Part shown: positions 14,947 through 23,776 of the stretch, one piece after another
How the letters are laid out: each line of letters opens with the position of its first letter
Position numbering within the stretch: position 1 is the stretch's first letter
From: an uncultured Clostridia bacterium
GTDB lineage: Bacteria; Bacillota; Clostridia; Oscillospirales; Acutalibacteraceae
Length of the DNA: 32,000 bases
Assembly (NCBI GenBank): GCA_944384905.1
Contig: CALWVE010000041.1
Coordinates: 68,985-100,984 of the forward strand
Reading direction: 5' to 3'
Position numbers and translations under genes: made by a program
Notes under the pieces: model-generated
What the model saw: the letters and a program-made list of their open reading frames with translations, nothing else
What the model was told of the DNA's origin: nothing
The model's database searches: none

Positions 14947-16914
14947 ATGGAACGGAAAACATTTTACATCACAACCCCGATCTACTATCCGAGCGGAAAT
15001 CCGCATATCGGCCACAGCTACTGCACCGTAGCCAGCGACGCCATCGCCCGCTATAAGCGAATGCAGGGGTATGATGTGATGTTCCTGACCGGTACCGACG
15101 AGCACGGCCTGAAAATTGAGCAGAAGGCCGAGGCACAGGGTATTTCCCCCAAGGAATATGTCGATCACATCGTTTCGATCTTCCAGAACCTCTGGAAGCT
15201 TCTCAATATCAGCAACGACCGCTTTATCCGCACCACCGACGACTATCACGTGAAGGGCGTGCAGAAAATCTTCAAAGAGCTGTATGACCGCGGCGAAATC
15301 TACAAAGGCAAGTACGAAGGCTGGTACTGCACCGACTGCGAAGCCTTCTGGACGGAAACGCAGCTTAAAGACGGCAAGTGCCCCGACTGCGGCCGCGACG
15401 TAAAATGGGCCGAAGAAGAAGCCTATTTCTTCCGCCTTTCCAAATACGGCGATCGCATTCTGCAGCTGTATGAAGAACATCCGGAATTTATTCAGCCGGA
15501 AAGCCGTAAAAACGAGATGATCAACTTCATCAAGCAGGGCCTGGGCGATCTGTGCGTTTCCCGTACCAGCTTTACCTGGGGCGTGCCGGTTGATTTCGAC
15601 CCGAAGCACGTTGTGTATGTTTGGGTAGATGCACTGCCCAACTATATCACCGCGCTGGGTTACGGCAGCGATAACCTTTCCGATTACAACAAATACTGGC
15701 CGGCCGACGTCCACTTTGTGGGTAAGGAAATCGTCCGGTTCCACACGATTATCTGGCCCGCCATCCTGATGGCGCTGGATTTGCCCCTGCCCAAGCAGGT
15801 GTATGGCCACGGCTGGCTGTTGTTCGGCGACGGCACCAAGATGAGCAAATCCAAGGGCAACGTGGTTGACCCGTATATTCTCTGCGAACGCTACGGCGTG
15901 GACGCGATCCGTTACTTCCTGCTGCGCGAAATCCCGTTCGGCAGCGACGGCCTGTTCACCAACGAAGCGCTGATCGGCCGCATCAACTCCGATCTGGCCA
16001 ACGATCTGGGCAACCTGCTCTCCCGCACCACCGCCATGGTGCAGAAATATTTCGGCGGCGTGATTCCGGCCGAACGCGAAGCCGATGCGCTCGATAACGA
16101 GCTGATCGAAATGGCTTCCACTCTGCGCGACCGCTGCGACGCGGCAATTGATAAGTATCAGTTCTCCAACGCGCTGGCGGAGATCTGGAAACTGATTGCC
16201 CGCAGCAACAAATATATCGACGAAACCATGCCGTGGGCACTGGGCAAAGACGAAAGCAAAAAAGCCCGTCTGGCGGCTGTCATGTACAACCTGTGCGAAA
16301 GCCTGCGCATTGTTTCCATCCTGCTGGCTCCGTTTATGCCGCAGACCACGCCGCGTATTCAGGAACAGCTGGGTGTTTCCGGCGACGCCGTTTCGTATGA
16401 AAGCGCCGGCAAGTGGGGCGTGCTGCCCGAGGGAACCGAGATCCGCAAGGGCGAAACGCTCTTCCCGCGTATCGACGTGAACAAGGAAATTGAAGAGCTG
16501 AACAAGCTGATCCCCAACCCCATGGACAAGAAAAAGGAAGAAGCCAAGGCCGAAGCGCCCAAGGCGGAAGAAAAAGCCGCTCCCGCCGGTGTGGCACAGA
16601 TCGGCATCGACGATTTCGGCAAAGTCGAACTGCGTGTGGCGAAAGTCATCGCCTGCGAACCGATCAAGCGCGCCAAGAAGCTTTTGAAGCTGACGCTCAA
16701 CGACGGTGAAGGCGAACGCACGGTTGCCAGCGGCATCGCTCAGTGGTATAAGCCGGAAGACCTGATCGGCCACCACGTGGTAATTGTAGCGAACCTCAAG
16801 CCCGCTAAGCTGTGCGGTGTGGAAAGCCAGGGCATGATTCTGGCCGCCGATGTCGGCGACGACGTGAAGGTACTGTTCGTGGATAACATCCCGGCAGGCG
16901 CCTCGATCCACTAA
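14947..16914 (+). CDS. metG: Methionine--tRNA ligase with C-terminal tRNA-binding (EMAP/Trbp111-like) domain
   Basis: ATG at 14947 follows GGAGG. HIGH (NPHIGHSY), Zn knuckles (CTDCE...CPDCG), KMSKS, and a C-terminal domain GKVELRVAKV...VANLKPAKLCGVESQGMILAA. Confidence 0.95.
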   Translation: MERKTFYITTPIYYPSGNPHIGHSYCTVASDAIARYKRMQGYDVMFLTGTDEHGLKIEQKAEAQGISPKEYVDHIVSIFQNLWKLLNISNDRFIRTTDDYHVKGVQKIFKELYDRGEIYKGKYEGWYCTDCEAFWTETQLKDGKCPDCGRDVKWAEEEAYFFRLSKYGDRILQLYEEHPEFIQPESRKNEMINFIKQGLGDLCVSRTSFTWGVPVDFDPKHVVYVWVDALPNYITALGYGSDNLSDYNKYWPADVHFVGKEIVRFHTIIWPAILMALDLPLPKQVYGHGWLLFGDGTKMSKSKGNVVDPYILCERYGVDAIRYFLLREIPFGSDGLFTNEALIGRINSDLANDLGNLLSRTTAMVQKYFGGVIPAEREADALDNELIEMASTLRDRCDAAIDKYQFSNALAEIWKLIARSNKYIDETMPWALGKDESKKARLAAVMYNLCESLRIVSILLAPFMPQTTPRIQEQLGVSGDAVSYESAGKWGVLPEGTEIRKGETLFPRIDVNKEIEELNKLIPNPMDKKKEEAKAEAPKAEEKAAPAGVAQIGIDDFGKVELRVAKVIACEPIKRAKKLLKLTLNDGEGERTVASGIAQWYKPEDLIGHHVVIVANLKPAKLCGVESQGMILAADVGDDVKVLFVDNIPAGASIH

Positions 16915-16920
16915 AAATCA

Positions 16921-16956
16921 AAAGCCGCCGGAAAAACCACCGGCGGCTGTTTTTTA
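16921..16956 (+). terminator. Hairpin + T-run after metG (possibly leaky, tatD follows)
   Basis: AGCCGCCGG (16923-16931) / CCGGCGGCT (16940-16948), then TTTTTT. Confidence 0.65.
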
Positions 16957-16981
16957 CTGCTCTATACTCTAGGAGGATTGC

Positions 16982-17752
16982 ATGGAATCTCTGATTTTCG
17001 ATACCCACGCCCACTACGACGCGGAAGCGTTTGCAGAAGATTGCAGCGACGTACTGGCCCGCCTGCCCGAAAAAGGCGTGTGCGGCATCATCAACAACGG
17101 CACCGATCTTGAAAGCTCGGCTGTTTCGATCAAACTGGCCGAAACCTACGACTATATCTATGCCGCGGCGGGTATCCATCCCGAACTGGCGGCGGCTTAC
17201 CGCGCCGAAGATGTGGAAAAACTGCGTCCGCTGCTGGCTCATCCCAAAACGGTCGCGCTGGGCGAAATCGGTCTGGACTATCACTACGAAGATGCCTGTC
17301 CGCGTGAACAGCAGAAAGAAATCTTTGAAGCGCAGCTGCGTTTAGCCAATGAACTGGAGATGCCTGTCATCATCCACGACCGCGAAGCGCACGGCGACAC
17401 GATAGATCTTCTGCGCAAGTACCGCCCCAAAGGAACGCTGCACTGCTTTTCAGGCAGCGTGGAAATGGCACGTGAAATCATCCAATTGGGGCTTTATATC
17501 GGTCTCGGCGGCGTTATTACGTTTAAAAACGCCCGCCACAGCGTAGAAGTGGCCGCGGAAATTCCGCTCGACCGCCTTCTGCTCGAAACGGACGCACCGT
17601 ATATGGCGCCGGTTCCCTTCCGCGGCAAGCGCTGCGATTCCTCGATGATCGTTTATGTTGCCGATCGCATTGCACAAATCCGCGGTTTGACGACAAGTGA
17701 GGTATTGGCCGCCACGCGTGAAAACGCCCGTCGGCTTTATAAAATCTCATAA
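16982..17752 (+). CDS. tatD: TatD family metal-dependent hydrolase (YabD-like)
   Basis: DTHAHY N-terminus, EIGLDYHY, IIHDREA, ETDAPYM. It sits directly downstream of metG, as does B. subtilis metS-yabD. Confidence 0.9.
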   Translation: MESLIFDTHAHYDAEAFAEDCSDVLARLPEKGVCGIINNGTDLESSAVSIKLAETYDYIYAAAGIHPELAAAYRAEDVEKLRPLLAHPKTVALGEIGLDYHYEDACPREQQKEIFEAQLRLANELEMPVIIHDREAHGDTIDLLRKYRPKGTLHCFSGSVEMAREIIQLGLYIGLGGVITFKNARHSVEVAAEIPLDRLLLETDAPYMAPVPFRGKRCDSSMIVYVADRIAQIRGLTTSEVLAATRENARRLYKIS

Positions 17753-17760
17753 ACTCAAAA

Positions 17761-17790
17761 AAGAGCCCGCTGATTTATCAGCGGGCTTTG
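17761..17790. terminator. Bidirectional terminator between convergent tatD and the lipoprotein gene
   Basis: AGCCCGCTG (17764-17772) / CAGCGGGCT (17779-17787), A-run upstream and T-rich downstream. Confidence 0.7.
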
Positions 17791-17795
17791 CTTAT

Positions 17796-19004
17796 TCATT
17801 TGGAAAAGAAACAGATTTTCCCGGCGGATTCATCCACCGTATAACGCAGGTCAAAGAGTTTGCAGAAATCTTCGGCCGTAACACCTACACAAAATGTAGC
17901 GCCCACGTTGTGTTCCTCATCAACCGTTTTATATGCCAAAGGAATCGTTTCGCCGTTACGCTTCACACGCAGGTCTTCTACGCTTTTATCGTAAACGGCT
18001 CTCATTTCCCAGGTTGTATCGCCGATCGTCCATTCGCTTCGATACACGCCGTCCGCAGACTCCGCCGTGTAGCTGCCGCCCAGCGCCCGTACATATTCCC
18101 GGTTGATCAGCGGAACACTGGTTGAATCCGAAAGAAACCCAATATCCATCACCAGCATATACGATTGCTGTTCTTCGCTGTACCAGGCATATTTATAGGA
18201 ATCTGTTGTAAGCCCATACTGTGAATACGGATTATCCGTACTGTCGTACAGCATTTCCTCTCCGTCAAGTTCGATCGTCTCCAACAAAGAAACATGCTTA
18301 TCCTGCAAATACTGCGGCGGTATGTCCCCTCTGTTTTCGATCTTGCCGTCCGTGCAAAGCTGCGCATACTGATTGGCCAAACTGTTATACAGTTCCTCCC
18401 GGCTGTTTTGCCCTGTGAGCATCACATCGGTAATGTTTGTCCAGTTATCGTGCGCATCCATATCTTCCTGCGAAGGATACCAAACCACATGCACACGCGC
18501 CACGGGATGCTCGCTGAGAAATTCCGGCGCATTATAGGCAAGCTCGCGGCTGTAAACGGCATCCGCCTGGAGCAAAACATCCACGACGCTGTCGAGATCC
18601 GAAAAAGAGAGCAGCTGCATCCAGCCGTACGAATCCTCATACGCATCATGCGCGCGCAAAATTTCGCGAACCTCATCCGCATACAGATCATGCACAACCG
18701 AAACATAGTTGCAGCTGATCTCACGGGTATAAAACGAGGTTTTCGTGGCGTCGATCCAGATCGGGCTCAGATAGCTGTTTGCTGTAAATTCGAGTCCGCG
18801 ATCGCGCGTACGGAAACGATATTCCATATTATCCGGCGTTTCTTCGATAAGCTCTCGGCCGATTTCGTCATAGGCTTCTTTGCAGATTTCGTCCACATAT
18901 TCCAACACTTCGCGCCGTCCGTAGATTTCGGCATCGGCGCCAAGGCAAGAACAAAGGGAAACGCAGAGAAGCACCGCCAGCAGCAAGCCAAGCATTCGTT
19001 TCAT
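17796..19004 (-). CDS. Hypothetical lipoprotein (402 aa), no recognisable domain
   Basis: Signal peptide MKRMLGLLLAVLLCVSLCSC with a lipobox-like LCSC. RBS GGGGGAA. It starts only 36 nt after the upstream glycosidase gene. Confidence 0.72.
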   Translation of the reverse strand: MKRMLGLLLAVLLCVSLCSCLGADAEIYGRREVLEYVDEICKEAYDEIGRELIEETPDNMEYRFRTRDRGLEFTANSYLSPIWIDATKTSFYTREISCNYVSVVHDLYADEVREILRAHDAYEDSYGWMQLLSFSDLDSVVDVLLQADAVYSRELAYNAPEFLSEHPVARVHVVWYPSQEDMDAHDNWTNITDVMLTGQNSREELYNSLANQYAQLCTDGKIENRGDIPPQYLQDKHVSLLETIELDGEEMLYDSTDNPYSQYGLTTDSYKYAWYSEEQQSYMLVMDIGFLSDSTSVPLINREYVRALGGSYTAESADGVYRSEWTIGDTTWEMRAVYDKSVEDLRVKRNGETIPLAYKTVDEEHNVGATFCVGVTAEDFCKLFDLRYTVDESAGKICFFSK

Positions 19005-19040
19005 CTTCGTTTCCCCCGTTTCATTTTATTTGAAAACTGC

Positions 19041-21005
19041 TTAATAATCCAATTCGATAATCTGATAGCCGTCGATCACCGGAACGGTAAAGCTGCCGTT
19101 TTCCAGCGCGATTTCGCGGCCTTCGGGCTGCAGAACCGCTTTCTTCAGCGTTTCAGGCACACGCACCCGAACCTGTACATCCGCAAGCTTCGTGCGTTCT
19201 TCGATAATATCGATTTCGGCCGATTTGCGGACCGGGATATAAGAAAGCAGGTGCAGCGTATAGCGGTTCTGTTCCGGCTGATGCAGCAGGTTGACCGTCA
19301 GCGTGGACGGGCCGTCGTGCTCCACACAAAGCGAGCCGATCAGATGCGTCAGCGCATTTTTCACCAGCAGTTTGCACCAGCGCGGCGCATTGGCGCGATA
19401 CTGACCGAAGATCGGATGCGAGAACACTACCACACCGTTGTTTTCAAACACAGAGGGATAGGTCTCTCCTTTCGCGGACGGCGTATAGCGATGCGAACAG
19501 AACAGGCGGCCTTCGCGCGCAAAATAAGGCGCACGAGCCGAAAGCAGTGTTTCGGCGCCGCAGGAAGCCAGTTCTTCGCCGGCAAGATAGATCACATATT
19601 CTGCGCCGGATTCCAGCCCTTCGCCCAGCGGACCGTCGGCCACCAGGAAATCGGGGAATAGCGCGCGCTTGCCGCGATTTTCCACGCCGTAGCACTCGGG
19701 ATAGCGCCCGTTCTCCATCAGGCCGCCGCGGCCGGCAGCCAGAATTTTGCCGCCGTTTTTCACATAAGCATTCAGCTTCTCAGCCAGCTCTGCCGTGCCC
19801 GGAATATCTTCCGGCACGATCAGCAGACGATACGCAGAGAAATCCATCTCCGTATCGACTACATTATACTGAAGCGCCAATTCATCGAGCATTTGGCAAG
19901 CGCCCAAAAGCGCATCTGAAAGCTGATTTTCAACCAGCGGGTTTTCGGCCGTAAGCAGCGCCACTTCGGCTACCGGCCGGCTGGGCAGCGCGAACGCTTC
20001 GCGTTCCTCAAACTGGCGGTAAACTTTGCCGATGAGTTTATACGTCGTCGGGTTCACATGACCGTCCGGCTCCAGCTGGTCGCCGATCGAGCAGGCGCAG
20101 CCCATCGAAAGCATGCGGAAGGCTTCAAATTCCAGCGCAGCCTGATTTTTATAGGAATGGAAATCGCCCCAAGAGGTATGGAATTTACCGGTCATACCCA
20201 GGCAGGGTTTGCCCAACGTACGGGCATAGCGCACCGTTGCCGGGAAATGCAGATAGCCCCAGCCGCCGGACGGCAGGCTTTCAAGTTCAAAATGCGAATA
20301 GGTGTCTTTGCTGGGCTTGGTGCAGGGGCCGACATGTCCTGCATTATAGAAAATCGTGCAGTTCGGATTGTATTCACGAACCACGGCGCTCATTTTTTCT
20401 TTAAAGCGCTTCATCGTAAACGCGGCAAACGCACGAACGGCCGTTTCGTCGTTCATGTCGATGCCCTTCTGTTCCATCTCGCGGCGACAGGAGGCACACA
20501 GGCACGGACGGATGCCGACAATGTCAAAGAAAAGTCCGTCCAGTTCGTCGCCCAGCATTTCGCAGACTTCACGGGTCTGGGCTTCCAGGAAATCATAATA
20601 GCCCGTATTTACGCACAACGACTGATAAAAACCGGGCTTTGTAAAGGAATCGCCCTCGTGGGAACCATCGGCTTTACGGATCAGCCATTCGGGATGGTTT
20701 TCAGCGGAATGATAATCCCACTGCACCGTAATATAAACCGGCGCGCGAACGCCTGCTTCGTGCAGAGCGCGAACCTGCTTGAGCAGCAGGTTGGGTTCGC
20801 TCAAATTCGGATGAATCCGATCGGGGAAACGCTTGGACGGATAATACAGCCAGCCATGATGGCAGCGGGCAAACACCGTTACCGAGCTGACGTGCGCATC
20901 TTTAAAAGCCTTGGCAAAGGCTTTTTCATCAAAAGCCGAGCCAATGCCAGGAATATGTTCCGAAGTGTGAAAATCCAGATGAATCTGGCGCGGTGAAAGC
21001 TGCAT
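19041..21005 (-). CDS. Putative glycoside hydrolase, GHL6 / GH42-like (beta-galactosidase trimerisation-domain type)
   Basis: N-terminus RQIHLDFHTSE...CHHGW.YYPS is typical of the GHL6 TIM-barrel family. A central Rossmann-like region resembles the GH42 trimerisation domain. Recognised from memory, not searched. Confidence 0.7.
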   Translation of the reverse strand: MQLSPRQIHLDFHTSEHIPGIGSAFDEKAFAKAFKDAHVSSVTVFARCHHGWLYYPSKRFPDRIHPNLSEPNLLLKQVRALHEAGVRAPVYITVQWDYHSAENHPEWLIRKADGSHEGDSFTKPGFYQSLCVNTGYYDFLEAQTREVCEMLGDELDGLFFDIVGIRPCLCASCRREMEQKGIDMNDETAVRAFAAFTMKRFKEKMSAVVREYNPNCTIFYNAGHVGPCTKPSKDTYSHFELESLPSGGWGYLHFPATVRYARTLGKPCLGMTGKFHTSWGDFHSYKNQAALEFEAFRMLSMGCACSIGDQLEPDGHVNPTTYKLIGKVYRQFEEREAFALPSRPVAEVALLTAENPLVENQLSDALLGACQMLDELALQYNVVDTEMDFSAYRLLIVPEDIPGTAELAEKLNAYVKNGGKILAAGRGGLMENGRYPECYGVENRGKRALFPDFLVADGPLGEGLESGAEYVIYLAGEELASCGAETLLSARAPYFAREGRLFCSHRYTPSAKGETYPSVFENNGVVVFSHPIFGQYRANAPRWCKLLVKNALTHLIGSLCVEHDGPSTLTVNLLHQPEQNRYTLHLLSYIPVRKSAEIDIIEERTKLADVQVRVRVPETLKKAVLQPEGREIALENGSFTVPVIDGYQIIELDY

Positions 21006-21039
21006 ACAAACTCCTCCAAAATACTAGGTTGTTGCCTGC

Positions 21040-21068
21040 ATGATAGCATACGCCTATTGGGATGTCAA
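21040..21068 (-). promoter_or_regulatory. Candidate promoter of the GHL6-lipoprotein operon
   Basis: Minus strand: TTGACA (21068-21063), 17-nt spacer, TATCAT (21045-21040). Confidence 0.45.
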
Positions 21069-21072
21069 TTGA

Positions 21073-21092
21073 TTTGAAAAACTTTTTTCAAA
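21073..21092. repeat. 20-bp A/T-rich palindrome between divergent glycosidase genes
   Basis: TTTGAAAAA-CT-TTTTTCAAA has 9-bp perfect arms and sits 4 nt upstream of the -35 of the minus-strand promoter. Confidence 0.5.
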
Positions 21093-21121
21093 CGTTCCAA
21101 CTGCCGCTAAAAGAAAACTAT

Positions 21122-21150
21122 TTGCTTTTTTGATCGCTATACGATACAAT
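21122..21150 (+). promoter_or_regulatory. Candidate promoter of the GH88 gene
   Basis: TTGCTT (21122-21127), 17-nt spacer, TACAAT (21145-21150). Confidence 0.45.
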
Positions 21151-21200
21151 AGAAAATAGAAAAGAAATTTGTGCCGTCAGCACAAGGATGGAGGATTAAT

Positions 21201-22337
21201 ATGTTGACTGCTGAAAATCAGAAGTGGTTGGACGAAGTTTGGGGCAAAATCCAGACCAAAATGTCCGCTGAAGTTGACCGCATCGGGGACAAGATCCCTT
21301 ACATTCCGGAAAACGGAAAATATGTTGATATGTCCGATGGAAGAATCGGTTGGTGGACCAACGGTTTCTGGCCGGGCATGCTGTGGCAGATGTATCATGC
21401 CACCGGCGACGAACGCTATAAGAAAGCCGCAGAAGGCGTTGAAAAGAAACTGGACGAGCCGCTTAACGGCGGTAACACCGACCACGACACCGGCTTTTTG
21501 TGGCTGCATTCCGCCGTTGCCGATTATCGTCTGACCGGCAACGAAGAATCCAAAACCCGCGGCATCCACGCTGCCAACATTCTGGCCGGCCGCTACAATG
21601 CCGACGGCAAATTCATCCGCGCCTGGAACAACTGGGACAAAGAAAATGACCGTACCGGCTGGATCATCATCGACTGCATGATGAACATTCCGCTGCTGTA
21701 TTGGGCAACCGACATGATCGGTGATCCCCGCTATAAGCAGATCGCCATGCACCATGCCGATACCGCCATGGAAAAGATCGTCCGCGAAGACGGTTCCTGC
21801 TACCATATCGTAGCCCTGAATCCCGATACCGGCGATGTTGAATTCTATCCGCCCTGCCAGGGCTATGATCCGAACGGCTCCTGGTCCCGCGGTCAGGCCT
21901 GGGCTATCTACGGCTTTGCCCTTTCCTACAAGCATACTGGTAAGCAGGAATACCTGGACGCCGCCAAAAAAGTGGCTCATTATTTCCTGGCCAACGTGGC
22001 CCAGACCGGCAATGTACCGCTGGTTGACTTCCGTGCGCCGGCCGAACCGGTAATGTACGACTCCACCGCTGCCGCCTGTGCCGCCTGCGGTATGCTGGAA
22101 ATCGCACAGCATGTGCCGGAATTCGAAAAGCCGCTGTACTTCAACGGTGCCGTAAACATGCTAAAAGCCACCATGGAGAAGTTCTGCAACTGGGATCCGG
22201 AAGCAGACAGCATCCTGGGCGGCGGTACGGTTGCCTATCACGCCAAGGGCCAGATCGAAGTGCCGATCATCTACGGCGATTACTTCATGATCGAAGCCGT
22301 TCTGCGCCTGCTGGGCAAAGATTTCCTGATCTGGTAA
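21201..22337 (+). CDS. GH88 unsaturated glucuronyl / unsaturated disaccharide hydrolase
   Basis: ATG at 21201 follows GGATGGAGGA. WWTNGFWPG, DHDTGF, IIDCMMN, SRGQAWAIYGF and an (alpha/alpha)6-type length (~378 aa) are typical of UGL-family GH88. Confidence 0.88.
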   Translation: MLTAENQKWLDEVWGKIQTKMSAEVDRIGDKIPYIPENGKYVDMSDGRIGWWTNGFWPGMLWQMYHATGDERYKKAAEGVEKKLDEPLNGGNTDHDTGFLWLHSAVADYRLTGNEESKTRGIHAANILAGRYNADGKFIRAWNNWDKENDRTGWIIIDCMMNIPLLYWATDMIGDPRYKQIAMHHADTAMEKIVREDGSCYHIVALNPDTGDVEFYPPCQGYDPNGSWSRGQAWAIYGFALSYKHTGKQEYLDAAKKVAHYFLANVAQTGNVPLVDFRAPAEPVMYDSTAAACAACGMLEIAQHVPEFEKPLYFNGAVNMLKATMEKFCNWDPEADSILGGGTVAYHAKGQIEVPIIYGDYFMIEAVLRLLGKDFLIW

Positions 22338-22351
22338 TTTTATCTTTCCAT

Positions 22352-22391
22352 AAAAAATGCACCCGTTTTTCACGGGTGCATTTCTTTTTTT
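22352..22391. terminator. Bidirectional terminator between convergent GH88 and Eis-like genes
   Basis: AAATGCACCCG (22355-22365) / CGGGTGCATTT (22373-22383), A-run before and T-run after. Confidence 0.75.
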
Positions 22392-22396
22392 ATGAT

Positions 22397-23605
22397 TTAG
22401 AAGTGATCGGTGAAGAACATCTGTTTGCGAACAAAAACTTTTTCCAGCACATCCCGGTTGCCGTGAACGCTTACATCGGAAAGATATTCCGTCTGCGCCA
22501 GTTCCACAAAACCGACGGCCAGCTGAGAGAACCGCTGGATCGTCACGGAAAGATCAAGCTCTTCCTCTGTAAGTTCTACCGAAAGCGCCTGCCCGTCTGC
22601 AAACGATACGGCATAAGTTCCGTTATTTTCGGGCAGGAACGCATCGCTCACCTGTATGGTAAAGCGTCCCGCTTCTTCGGGATAGCGCATCAGTTCCAGC
22701 GCTTTCTGTACACAGATAATCCGCATCTGGCCGTGCGGCGAAACAAGTTGACTGCATTCATACGGCTCCGGAATCATCGCCGAAACCGGCACATCTTCGG
22801 GCAGCTCCAGCCGCACTGCACGATACTGCGCGCGCAGACGATAGAAGAAGCCAAACACCTGACGCAGATCGTCCGGCGTAAGATAGGCCAGGTCACGCAC
22901 TTCGGCCAGATACCCATGTTCCTTCTCCATCGGCTTGGGAACAAAAATCACATACGCGCGCGGCAGGCCGTCTTCTCCGCAGAAAACATATTTATAAACG
23001 CGGTCTTTAAACGGATCGCCCTTTGCTGCCCACCACTGGTCGTCGCGGCGATGGATCGCCAGATTTTTCCCTTTAATAAATTCGGCGTGAACCGTTTTGA
23101 GATCGTCGAGCGGATCGTCTTTGCGGCACATATACACGTCCATCGTACAGGCAAAAGACTGGAACGCGTCGATCTCGATCTGCCAGGAAGCCTGTGTACA
23201 GCAAAGCTCGTAACCAAACTGGCGGTAATACGGATGAGAAAACGGGAACAGATACGAAAGCAAAAAGCCTTTCTGATACATCTCGCGGAACTGTTCGCGG
23301 AAAATGGCGCGAATACCGCCCTTGCTGCGGAATTCCGGCAGCGAACTAACGCCGCCCACGCCGCCGGCCGCCACGATATGCCCGTCAAATTCAACGCTGT
23401 AAATGTTGTTGGTCATCGTAGCGCAGATATCTTCGTTTTCATCCATAGCTCCCCAGAGATCATCCCGACGAGGCTTGTCCTTGGCTTCCTGATAAACTTT
23501 CAGGCGTTCATCGATATCCGTGCTGGATACAAAACCGACGGCACTGGTCATATCGTGCGCCAGAATTTCTTCAGGCGTGACAAGCTTTTTTACTTTGGGT
23601 TCCAT
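22397..23605 (-). CDS. Eis-like GNAT N-acetyltransferase (GNAT + GNAT-like + SCP2-like C-terminal architecture)
   Basis: ~400 aa. GGVGGVSSLPEFRSKGGIRAIF...LFPFSHPYYRQFGYE is characteristic of Eis-family enzymes. RBS GAGGAGGGG. Confidence 0.82.
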   Translation of the reverse strand: MEPKVKKLVTPEEILAHDMTSAVGFVSSTDIDERLKVYQEAKDKPRRDDLWGAMDENEDICATMTNNIYSVEFDGHIVAAGGVGGVSSLPEFRSKGGIRAIFREQFREMYQKGFLLSYLFPFSHPYYRQFGYELCCTQASWQIEIDAFQSFACTMDVYMCRKDDPLDDLKTVHAEFIKGKNLAIHRRDDQWWAAKGDPFKDRVYKYVFCGEDGLPRAYVIFVPKPMEKEHGYLAEVRDLAYLTPDDLRQVFGFFYRLRAQYRAVRLELPEDVPVSAMIPEPYECSQLVSPHGQMRIICVQKALELMRYPEEAGRFTIQVSDAFLPENNGTYAVSFADGQALSVELTEEELDLSVTIQRFSQLAVGFVELAQTEYLSDVSVHGNRDVLEKVFVRKQMFFTDHF

Positions 23606-23668
23606 TCAACACCCCTCCTCGAAGTCAATGGCACCAGTATAGCAGAATTGTAAGATTAGAGCAATATT

Positions 23669-23699
23669 TGTGCAGAATATAATTTTGAAAATGTGCAGA
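23669..23699 (+). repeat. Direct repeat TGTGCAGA x2 (23-bp period) just upstream of the -35
   Basis: TGTGCAGA occurs at 23669-23676 and 23692-23699. A third GCAGAAT is at 23642-23648. The proximal copy ends 5 nt before TTGACA. Confidence 0.45.
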
Positions 23700-23704
23700 T
23701 TTCC

Positions 23705-23733
23705 TTGACACCTCTTAGCTTCGGGGGTATAAT
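23705..23733 (+). promoter_or_regulatory. Consensus sigma-A promoter of the TIM/GFO/TIM operon
   Basis: TTGACA (23705-23710), 17-nt spacer, TATAAT (23728-23733). Both hexamers are perfect. Confidence 0.7.
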
Positions 23734-23776
23734 TGCCCTGTATAATGGCTTTCAAGTGTCATGGGGAGGAATCAGC

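Noticed and set aside
14923-16911. 662-aa ORF antisense to the whole of metG
   Set aside because: The plus-strand product is an unmistakable MetRS (HIGH, KMSKS, Zn knuckles). The antisense translation is low-complexity (rich in A/G/V/R/F), has no motifs and no RBS. It is a shadow ORF caused by GC-rich third positions that suppress stops in the opposite frame.
18294-19661. 455-aa plus-strand ORF spanning the lipoprotein/GHL6 gene junction
   Set aside because: It crosses an intergenic gap and two well-supported minus-strand genes. The translation is Arg/Phe/Ile-rich nonsense typical of antisense frames.
20058-20996. 312-aa plus-strand ORF inside the GHL6 gene
   Set aside because: This is an antisense shadow with no RBS or motifs. 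The minus-strand product has the conserved GHL6 N-terminus.
21177-22112. 311-aa minus-strand ORF over the GH88 gene
   Set aside because: Antisense shadow. GH88 motifs (DHDTGF, IIDCMMN, SRGQAWAIYGF) are on the plus strand.
22376-23653. 425-aa plus-strand ORF over the Eis-like GNAT gene
   Set aside because: Antisense shadow. It begins inside the bidirectional terminator, whereas the minus-strand gene has a strong RBS and Eis-type motifs.
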